IMG/VR virus record: IMGVR_UViG_3300033485_000016
Span: 1-54,725 of that record
Source of the DNA: a virus
Taxonomy: Duplodnaviria; Caudoviricetes
Reading direction: 5' to 3' (one strand)
DNA length: 54,725 nt
Shown here: positions 25,574 through 33,240 of the stretch, one piece after another
How positions within the stretch are numbered: the stretch's first letter is position 1
Layout: each line of letters opens with the position of its first letter
Position numbers and translations under genes: made by a program
Notes under the pieces: generated by a model
What the model saw: only the letters and a program-made list of their open reading frames with translations
What the model was told of the DNA's origin: nothing
Database searches by the model: none

Positions 25574-26276
25574 TGGCGTGCGTACCTCGACTCCACGCGC
25601 CACAGGTTTGACATTGGTATCGGTCGTAGGAACGGGTCTTGGCGACTTGGCTGCCACGCTTGTGAAGGTGTGTGGAGCCGCACTTGGGACAGGCAGGAAG
25701 CGTCACCCCTTCGATGAGCGGGACGGAGGGGTGCCCAGCAACAAAGGGCTTCAAGCGAGCGTAGGTCTGGGCGAGGACTTCTACATCAGCCTTGCAGTGG
25801 TCGATGATGTAGGTCAGGGCAGCCAAATCCCCGCCTTTGGCAGCCTGCCATTGGGGAGGGGAGATCGGGGTCTTGTGTGCGTCGAGTAGGAGGAATTCCT
25901 GGAGGGAGACGAGACGGTTGGAGTGGAGCTTCAGCTTGTACTTGGCCGTTCTCCAACCGTCGATATGGGGAACAGGAGGCAAGGGCCGTAGCCCATGGAA
26001 GAGTCTCCTGGTGTTGAGGAACGGCTCGTCAAATCTCTGCCCATACCACGTAACGACCGCATCCGCCTCAAGGAAGATGGGTTCAATGGCAAGGAGGAGC
26101 GTTTGGTCGTCTTCAGGGCGGGAGAGCCGATGGCAACAGGGGCACCCAGGGTCAAAGTCAGCCAGGGAGACAACCTGGATGCTCTCCTCACCCTCCCATT
26201 TCCACCCAAAACAAAGCACATGCCCGAAGTCAGCATTCAGGTCCGACGCTTCGATGTCGTAGATCAGGGTTCTCGT
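25548..26276 (-). CDS. RNase_H_2/YprB-like 3'-5' exonuclease with C-terminal zinc ribbon; apparent ACG start
   Basis: IYDIEA (Exo I, upstream of the track start), WYGQRFD, HCKADV, CPKC..CQTC. Confidence 0.8.
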   Translation of the reverse strand, partial: TRTLIYDIEASDLNADFGHVLCFGWKWEGEESIQVVSLADFDPGCPCCHRLSRPEDDQTLLLAIEPIFLEADAVVTWYGQRFDEPFLNTRRLFHGLRPLPPVPHIDGWRTAKYKLKLHSNRLVSLQEFLLLDAHKTPISPPQWQAAKGGDLAALTYIIDHCKADVEVLAQTYARLKPFVAGHPSVPLIEGVTLPACPKCGSTHLHKRGSQVAKTRSYDRYQCQTCGAWSRGTHANGKVQIAA

Positions 26277-26313
26277 AAGCCCCTCCCTTTGGGGCTAAGT
26301 ATAACCAAATAAA

Positions 26314-26331
26314 CAAGTTTGAACAAACTTG
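26314..26331. promoter_or_regulatory. Perfect operator palindrome overlapping a - strand promoter
   Basis: AACAAGTTTG-AA-CAAACTTGTT; - strand TTGTTC-17-TATACT. Confidence 0.7.
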
Positions 26332-26835
26332 TTAGAACCCTACTCGCCATCTCTCCCCAGGCACAGACCTGACCCTGAGGTAGTCCAGGTGGGTGTCGAT
26401 CTTGGTGAGCTTTTCACTGATCTGTCCCAGCACTTGGGTGATGGCTCCCAGAACCTCCAGGATCGGTTCTGAGGGGGGTTCAGGCTTGGGAGGGATAGGG
26501 GGCGGGGGAGGGGGGTAAACGTCGCCCAGGGGCAGCCGGAAGAGGCCAGGATCGAGTTTACCGACATACCGCCAGTCTGGGGTGGCGACTCCCTCTCCAT
26601 CCCCCAGGCAGTCATACAACTCCCCAGTGGAGTAGAACAACCCATCGACCTTGAAGCCATGGTAGTTGCTCCCATCGGGCTTGTAGAGCAACCCTGCGTC
26701 CTCCCCAAGCTCCCTGAGCCTCAGGGCGACGGCATTGGTAATGGTCCAGCCACGAGCTTCACCGGGGGGCATGGAGTCATACTTGGACCGGAGTTCCCGT
26801 ACAACAGCAAGATGATCAATATCCTTAGGCGGCAT
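26332..26835 (-). CDS. Hypothetical lysis-module protein with Pro-rich linker
   Basis: Coupled to the SLT gene; GLLYKPDG...DCL.D...PDW domain, poly-Pro linker, coiled coil. Confidence 0.6.
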   Translation of the reverse strand: MPPKDIDHLAVVRELRSKYDSMPPGEARGWTITNAVALRLRELGEDAGLLYKPDGSNYHGFKVDGLFYSTGELYDCLGDGEGVATPDWRYVGKLDPGLFRLPLGDVYPPPPPPIPPKPEPPSEPILEVLGAITQVLGQISEKLTKIDTHLDYLRVRSVPGERWRVGF

Positions 26836-27295
26836 GGGCTTCTTTCAACACGGTGTAGTGGCTAAAGACCCTTTTGGCATACGCCTTGGGGCCGGGACGC
26901 TTGATCCCTCCTGCCCCTCCGTTGTAGGCGGCGAGAGCCTCCAGGGGGTCTGTGTATTTCCGTAGAAGACGACTCAGGACGCTGCACCCTACGGCCAAGT
27001 TGGTATCAATCTTGAACAACTCCTCAGGCTCCCCTTTGAACCCATGTTGGACTGCCGTGGGATACATGACTTGCATCAGGCCATAGGAAGAGGAGACTCT
27101 TCTTGGCTCCCACCCTGCATAGAGTGGGTTTTCCTTCAAATACCTCTCGTAAAATGCTGGCTCCCACCGAAAGGCATCCGCCTTCCCCTGGCTCTCGGCT
27201 ATCACAACAGCCTCAACCAACAGGGGATCCAGCTTGAACTGCTCAGCAATCCGCTGGATGCTAGTGCGATACGGTGCGCCTTCTTGCCTGGGCAT
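26825..27295 (-). CDS. Lytic transglycosylase (SLT) endolysin
   Basis: AVVIAES (catalytic Glu), SYGLMQVM, ALAAYNGG. Confidence 0.9.
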   Translation of the reverse strand: MPRQEGAPYRTSIQRIAEQFKLDPLLVEAVVIAESQGKADAFRWEPAFYERYLKENPLYAGWEPRRVSSSYGLMQVMYPTAVQHGFKGEPEELFKIDTNLAVGCSVLSRLLRKYTDPLEALAAYNGGAGGIKRPGPKAYAKRVFSHYTVLKEAHAA

Positions 27296-27491
27296 CGAGT
27301 TTGTTCTCTATGCGCTCAGTGCGCTCATGGAGGATCTGGACCCTGGTCTTAACCACCGCAAGGTCTTTCTTGAGGTTCATAAACCCCACCAACCCTGCGC
27401 TGAGGTAGGTAACAATCTGGACGACCAGGGGCAGTTCAAGTAGAATGTTGCTCAGGAGGGCCAAGGCAAAGGTTGTCAAGGTCAAAATCAT
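27261..27491 (-). CDS. Holin-like membrane protein
   Basis: Two hydrophobic segments and a basic coiled-coil tail; upstream of the endolysin. Confidence 0.5.
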   Translation of the reverse strand: MILTLTTFALALLSNILLELPLVVQIVTYLSAGLVGFMNLKKDLAVVKTRVQILHERTERIENKLDAQARRRTVSH

Positions 27492-27498
27492 GGAAGTT

Positions 27499-29568
27499 CT
27501 AGTCCTTCTGTTCAGTCTCTGGCTCTTGTGGCTGGTTCGGGGTTGGGGTGTCGCTCCGTTCGACGCTAAGACGCTCAGCGAGCTTAGAGATCTGATTTCC
27601 GGCCACCGCCGCTAGTTCGACGTTGTTGGACCCCAACGCTCGCACGTATTGACGGATCCACTTGATGCCCTCCGGGTGGACAAACATGTGGGACATGACC
27701 CGGAGACCTGTGTAGAGGACCGCCGAGGCACCGATGCCCACCGGCAGTCCAAACATCAGGCTCATCACGGGGCCGACGATCTTCAGGTTCATCGTGCCTG
27801 CGATCAGGCCAGGGGTGAGTCCTGAGCCTTTGCCGGCGATCCGCTTCGCCATGTTGGCTACGTCGGTGAGACCTTGAATCTCCTGAGGAGTGAAGAGGGC
27901 ATGGAGTTGCCCCCCTTTGTTCAACTTCTCCATGGCGGAGAGCAGGAGATCCCCCTTCAGGGTCCGTAGCTCCGTCATGGCTTGACCGGGATAGCTCATC
28001 ATGCTCTGGCCTGCCCAACCACCGGAGACCTCACCCCGAATAGCCTCGTTGAGGAGGTCACGGGCGATCATGGCTTTGCTTGCTTGATAGATATCGGGCG
28101 GCAGGAGATCCTTGACGGTCTTGATGTCGTCTACTGACGCCTTGGAGAGGAAGGCATGAACCCGCTCGGCAGGGGCGGTGACTTTGCCTCCCTTCACCCC
28201 CAGCAGCTTAGCGACCACGGTCTTGTTGAAGGCGAATTTGAACTCCTTGTACGCCGCATCGAGGCTTTGGACCTTGGCAGCGATCCCAGGGATGCCACTG
28301 TTATCCGCTGCGTCCATCATGGCTTTGTAGACCCCCTCTTCGGTTTTCTTGAGGAGGCCCGCCAACTTGGAGGCAGCCGGTTCGTTCTGGACCGATCTGG
28401 CGAGTCCCGCCAACATGCTCTTCGCGTCGTGCATAGTGGCAAACGCGGTGAACTCCGGCCCCTCGATGATCTGCTTCAGGACGTTCATGCCGCGTTGGAG
28501 TTCTTGCGGGGGGATGATCGTCGCGGCTCGCTCCAAATCCTCCAGCAGGGGAGCCACCATGGCTTTGAGGGGTCTGGTGTCAACCACTCCTGGTCCCTGG
28601 GGGGTATTGACCGTCTTGAATTGCGGAATCATGGCAGGCTTGCCGTCAGGACCGAGGATCGTACCTGGAGCAGACCCTGCCGGCACCTGTTGCTTGGTCC
28701 ACGTCACCTGGAGTTGGTTGTCGATATCCTCATACCCCTTGCGGAAGACCGTTTCCAGTTTTGCCTTGGAGGTCGTCAAGGCATCCTGCATGGCCTCGCC
28801 AACTTGGTGCGGGGTGCCCTTGACCATCGACACTTGCTTGACCGCATCTTCGGCCATGCCGTCAATCATGGCTGTCTGCTGGGAAGCGCGGAACTTCTGG
28901 AACTTGTTCACCCCACCAAGAGATCTCTCGCCAATGGTCTCAAAGAACTTGCTCGCACCACTGCCTGTGCGCTCGGAGTAGGTCAGGGGGACTTTGCCTA
29001 CAGGCTTGGTTGCCTTGACTTGGCGACCAGCACCACCGACGCCAAAGGGAGCCAATAGTCCTGCTGTCCCGCCAACCCCCTCCGCAATCTCGCCCTTTTC
29101 AAAATGCTCCCCCACATGGGCAGCGGCGGGGCCAATCACTGGCAACGCTCCTGCTGCCATGCGCCCGATAGCCTGCACCTGATTCCCAACTCCAGGCTTC
29201 TCGGTAAGCTCCCGGCCCTTCTGGATCTCGCCCCACTGCTGCCCCAAGATGCCCTTGACCATGTTGGTCACACCTTGGGGGTTAGGCATGGGGATCCCTG
29301 TGGGGAGGAAAAGCTGTTTGCCCATGTCCCCGATGTCACTCAGGGACGGAATCGCTTGTTCCTTGAATTCCTTCCACCCTCGCGCTATGGGACCAGGGGC
29401 TTCAGGGGTGGGAGGAGCTTCGGGAGTCTGGGGCACCTGTGGAGTCGCCCCTTGCCCTGCCGCCGCGAACACCTCCTCCAGATCCGCCTGGGTGGGAGGA
29501 GTCGGCATATTCCAGTCAAACGTAATATTCTGCCCGGTCTCGTTGTTGCGGACGGTCAGGCGAGGCAT
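27499..29568 (-). CDS. Internal virion / DNA ejection protein
   Basis: 689 aa helical Ala/Gly-rich protein at the end of a podovirus-type tail module. Confidence 0.6.
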   Translation of the reverse strand: MPRLTVRNNETGQNITFDWNMPTPPTQADLEEVFAAAGQGATPQVPQTPEAPPTPEAPGPIARGWKEFKEQAIPSLSDIGDMGKQLFLPTGIPMPNPQGVTNMVKGILGQQWGEIQKGRELTEKPGVGNQVQAIGRMAAGALPVIGPAAAHVGEHFEKGEIAEGVGGTAGLLAPFGVGGAGRQVKATKPVGKVPLTYSERTGSGASKFFETIGERSLGGVNKFQKFRASQQTAMIDGMAEDAVKQVSMVKGTPHQVGEAMQDALTTSKAKLETVFRKGYEDIDNQLQVTWTKQQVPAGSAPGTILGPDGKPAMIPQFKTVNTPQGPGVVDTRPLKAMVAPLLEDLERAATIIPPQELQRGMNVLKQIIEGPEFTAFATMHDAKSMLAGLARSVQNEPAASKLAGLLKKTEEGVYKAMMDAADNSGIPGIAAKVQSLDAAYKEFKFAFNKTVVAKLLGVKGGKVTAPAERVHAFLSKASVDDIKTVKDLLPPDIYQASKAMIARDLLNEAIRGEVSGGWAGQSMMSYPGQAMTELRTLKGDLLLSAMEKLNKGGQLHALFTPQEIQGLTDVANMAKRIAGKGSGLTPGLIAGTMNLKIVGPVMSLMFGLPVGIGASAVLYTGLRVMSHMFVHPEGIKWIRQYVRALGSNNVELAAVAGNQISKLAERLSVERSDTPTPNQPQEPETEQKD

Positions 29569-30869
29569 TACTGCACACTCACAATAGTGAACTTCTGCTT
29601 AGAGGGCACCGTGATGTTGGTCCCACCAAGACCCTTACCCGCCTGGGGTGGTTGAACCGGAGGCTTCTCACCCGCTCCACCCAGCAGCGCCGGGTCAACC
29701 TGTCTCACGATCAGGTGCGGCGGGATGCTCATCGTCACCGCACGTTGCGTGTAGTCCTTGATGGTCTGCTGGTGGGACTGGTAGGCACCTTTGTAGATAT
29801 TCGCTGCCTGGGACGCTACATCCTGGCGCTGCGCGGGAGTCAGTCGATACCCACTCGTGGCTTGGTTGTATAAAGCGCGAAGTTGCTCAGGGACGCCCCT
29901 GGCATTCTGCACTGTGGCCTGCTCGCCTTCTCTCACCGTGGATGCCGGGTCCACCATCTTCATGTAGGCGAAGATGAGGGAGGTGTCACCCAGGGGAGAG
30001 GGACTCTTCATCAACTGCGTAATGGTCCTGAAGCTCTCTTCTCTCTGCGTGTAGTTCTTGGAGAGTTCATTGAACTGGCTCGCCATTTGGATGGCTGGCC
30101 CAACCAGTTCCTTCGGGAGGCCCGCCTTGGCGATCTCCGCCTCCGCGCTCGCCCTGGCACGTTGGCGAGCCGCTTCCTCTCCACCCGCACGCGAGACGAG
30201 GACAGGATTGAGGTCTCGCTGCAAGGCAACTTCGTTCTTGTTCTTCGCTGCGCCTACTTGCGCCTCTTCCTCGACCTTCCGCCCAACAGCAGCAGGGAAG
30301 TTCTCGCTGGTTGCCCGTTCGGTTCCAAGCCCCGTCCCGTAGGCAGTCGCTTCTGCTTCCTTCCCCTTGGTCTTGACCGCTTCATCCGCTGCCGTCTTGA
30401 ACTGACCCACCTTCGCGGTGCGGGCTTTTCGGAGTTGGTCCAACCCCTCATTCCCCAACCCCGGAACTGGCCCATACAACCCTGGCAGGATGTTGGTTAC
30501 CTGATTCTGCTGCCCCATCCCCTTCATCATCCCCACCATGCTTTCATCGGTGGGAAGCTCCGCCTCACCCTTCACCCCCTCCATCTTGGAGAGGATGCTA
30601 CTGACCGCTGTGTCCTGGGTGGGGGTGGGGAGGTTGGGATACGCCTGCGACAAGGTGCCGTATTTGGATGGGTCCGAGGCAAGGGCCGAAATTGCCTCCC
30701 TCTGCCCAGTTAGTTTCTGTCGCAACTCCTCCAGGTAGGCGTCCAGCGAGGCAGCCGCTTGGGCATTCTGCTGCTGGAGCTTCTGCTTCTGCATCAGCCC
30801 AAACAGCCCACCCAACTCCTGTCCTGCGCCAACCAGGGCTTGCCCCCATCGGCGCTTCCTGTTTGCCAT
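29568..30869 (-). CDS. Internal virion / DNA ejection protein
   Basis: GDTSLIFAYMKMVDPASTVREGE motif typical of phage ejection proteins; TAATG coupling. Confidence 0.65.
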   Translation of the reverse strand: MANRKRRWGQALVGAGQELGGLFGLMQKQKLQQQNAQAAASLDAYLEELRQKLTGQREAISALASDPSKYGTLSQAYPNLPTPTQDTAVSSILSKMEGVKGEAELPTDESMVGMMKGMGQQNQVTNILPGLYGPVPGLGNEGLDQLRKARTAKVGQFKTAADEAVKTKGKEAEATAYGTGLGTERATSENFPAAVGRKVEEEAQVGAAKNKNEVALQRDLNPVLVSRAGGEEAARQRARASAEAEIAKAGLPKELVGPAIQMASQFNELSKNYTQREESFRTITQLMKSPSPLGDTSLIFAYMKMVDPASTVREGEQATVQNARGVPEQLRALYNQATSGYRLTPAQRQDVASQAANIYKGAYQSHQQTIKDYTQRAVTMSIPPHLIVRQVDPALLGGAGEKPPVQPPQAGKGLGGTNITVPSKQKFTIVSVQ

Positions 30870-31390
30870 TACCGCCCCCGGAGAAGCTGCATGATCTGCA
30901 TGAGGAGGTCAGTGGGTTGCCCCGCGCCGCCTGATACCGCTCCCGGCACGCCAAAGCCGCCACCCAAGAGACCCCCTGCCTTCCCAAACAGCCCCGAGGA
31001 GTTGGAGTAGAGGGATGGCGGTCTGCCGGGTTGGGGTGGAGGCACCAAGGGCACAGTCAGCCGCCTCATCACGTCAGGATGCTGAGTCATTGGCGTAAAC
31101 GGTACTGGAGGCTGACCAGATACTCCCCCAGACGGTGCTGGAGTTGCCCCGCCCGGAGGTCGGGGAGCGTTCACCACCGGAGTCGCCGCCGGCCCCGCGA
31201 TCTCACGCGGTGACTCAGAGGTGCCCCCCTGCTGCCATGGACCTGTAAATGGCCCAGGGTCAGGGTTATCAGGTGGTGTGCCCAGCGGAGGCTTGATCGG
31301 TTCGGGCAACCTGGGGGAACCAGGATCTCTCCGAGGGGAGCGCCCCATCCCATCGTCTAGACCATATGACGGAAGCTTTCTCGTAGCCAT
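30869..31390 (-). CDS. Pro/Gly-rich virion protein
   Basis: Coupled ORF within the ejection cluster. Confidence 0.55.
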   Translation of the reverse strand: MATRKLPSYGLDDGMGRSPRRDPGSPRLPEPIKPPLGTPPDNPDPGPFTGPWQQGGTSESPREIAGPAATPVVNAPRPPGGATPAPSGGVSGQPPVPFTPMTQHPDVMRRLTVPLVPPPQPGRPPSLYSNSSGLFGKAGGLLGGGFGVPGAVSGGAGQPTDLLMQIMQLLRGR

Positions 31391-31393
31391 GTC

Positions 31394-32656
31394 TTACCTG
31401 CCCACATAGCCGCCAGCGGAAATGCCAGCGGACTGAAGGAACAACTGAATATAGGGGAGCACTGTCTGGAGGTTCCCCTGTTGGATCTCGTACTTGATCT
31501 GGTCCCTGGTCAGGCCGAAAGTGGCGAGGAACTGGTTCCACGCCATGTTGCGATCCAGGGCTGCCAGTGCGATGTTGGAAACCACGTTCTGCCGATTGGT
31601 CGCCCCTGACAAGGCATTCAGGGTGTTGTTGCTCTGGTTCTGCGCCATGGCAGTCCCCAGGCTCAGCCCACCCATCACGCGGTTGTTGGCGTTCTCCTGT
31701 TCAGTGGTGAAGATGTCGCGGAGTTCCCGCGCATAGGCAGGAGCCACATGCTCCATGGTCTGCCCAACCATGGTGCGTTCTGGACCCTGGGCAATCCCTG
31801 GCTCGGAGAGGAGATTCCTTCCTGCCAACTCCCCCTGGCCCTGGTTCATCAAGGTCCGCAGGCCAGAGTTCATCAACTCTGTGGCAGATTCTTTTCTCTT
31901 ATTGACCACATCCTGGGAGAAGTTGCCCCCGCTGGAGATGAGGTCTCTCAGTGTGGCCTCCAGGTCGCTGCCGAAAGGGGTTGCCCCGTAGTTACTGATC
32001 AGATCCATGTAGCCCTGATCGGTAAGCTGGGACATGGGATCGGTGTTCACTGTCGTGGTCCCACCACGGTAGTTGCCCACGTTGTCGGGGGTGTAGCTAC
32101 CTGTCTTAGCAGCCAAGCCAGGGTCAACGCCCATGCCGGGGAGGGGGATGAAGTCATTACCCCCAACTCCGCCCCCAATCGTCCCTTGCCCCTGCGCCTC
32201 TGGCGGCATCCACTGCCATGCGCCTCCGTTCTCCACGTCCCGAATCACATCTACATCCCCTACCCCAGGGACGTAGATCGTGTCCTTCCCCGAGACCTTC
32301 CAGCCTTCGGGAAGCTGGAGACTGCCCAAGCCTTCGGTAGTGGAGGGTGCCCCCTGCGCCAGCCGGCCAAAGACGTATTTCGGTGTCTCATGGGAGGTAT
32401 CGGCTAGCTTCCCGATGTCGAAGCCCTCAAGGATGCCCCCAGGCGTCCTTGTCCCCTCGCCACCCGTCGCCCCAGGTTCCTGGACGGTGGGAAAATCCCC
32501 TGGTCCCCGCACCACGGTCCCTGCCGGAGGAGGCGTCGTGTTGGCCCATGGATTGTCGCGAGGCACAAAGCCCTGGAAGCTGATGTCAGTCGGGGCGTCC
32601 CAACCTTGCTCAACCCCGCCAGCACCCAAGTCAGGAATTTTGCGTCTTACTGCCAT
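31394..32656 (-). CDS. Internal virion / ejection protein
   Basis: Gly-rich N-terminus, Gln/Asn-rich helical C-terminus. Confidence 0.6.
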   Translation of the reverse strand: MAVRRKIPDLGAGGVEQGWDAPTDISFQGFVPRDNPWANTTPPPAGTVVRGPGDFPTVQEPGATGGEGTRTPGGILEGFDIGKLADTSHETPKYVFGRLAQGAPSTTEGLGSLQLPEGWKVSGKDTIYVPGVGDVDVIRDVENGGAWQWMPPEAQGQGTIGGGVGGNDFIPLPGMGVDPGLAAKTGSYTPDNVGNYRGGTTTVNTDPMSQLTDQGYMDLISNYGATPFGSDLEATLRDLISSGGNFSQDVVNKRKESATELMNSGLRTLMNQGQGELAGRNLLSEPGIAQGPERTMVGQTMEHVAPAYARELRDIFTTEQENANNRVMGGLSLGTAMAQNQSNNTLNALSGATNRQNVVSNIALAALDRNMAWNQFLATFGLTRDQIKYEIQQGNLQTVLPYIQLFLQSAGISAGGYVGR

Positions 32657-33181
32657 TTACATACCCGCCAAGAGTTGAAGGGCGGCTACAGCGTCCTCCG
32701 TATCGTCGCCAATGGGGTTGAAAAGGGAAGTCCCTCGCCGCACAGCTTTTCTGCCGGTGTATTGAGCGTTGGGTGGGGGGACTCTACCTGCCTTATCCAG
32801 CGCAGTCTGGTTGATGTCCCAGTTGAACCCGCTTCCATTCCCGCCCTGCCCACCCACATTCGCCCCTGGGAGGGTCAGGAACATGGAAGGATTGAAAAGC
32901 GCCGGATCAACGCCAGAGAGGCCAAAGGGCACCGGCATGTTGGGGCCAAAATACCCTCCAGGCTGCTGGACATACGCTCCTGGGAGGGTCACGGGACGGT
33001 TGGCAATATCCTGTGCCGCCCTCCCTCCTTGGATAATGGCTTGCGTGGCCTGTCCCAGCATCCCGTTGGGGTCAACTGACCCGGTAAACCCCTCCCTCTC
33101 CTGCTGGTCGTTGCCCCCCATGATGTTCCCCAGGAAGTTCATTCCCATGGAACCGAGAGCGAGCAGAGTCATTGGATCCAT
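32657..33181 (-). CDS. Pilot/ejection protein
   Basis: MDPMTLLALGSMGMNFLGNIMGG N-terminus typical of podovirus pilot proteins. Confidence 0.6.
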   Translation of the reverse strand: MDPMTLLALGSMGMNFLGNIMGGNDQQEREGFTGSVDPNGMLGQATQAIIQGGRAAQDIANRPVTLPGAYVQQPGGYFGPNMPVPFGLSGVDPALFNPSMFLTLPGANVGGQGGNGSGFNWDINQTALDKAGRVPPPNAQYTGRKAVRRGTSLFNPIGDDTEDAVAALQLLAGM

Positions 33182-33240
33182 ACTGTCACCTTAAATCCGA
33201 CGCTTGACAAGTCCTGTCAAATCATAGCAAACTTGAAGGT

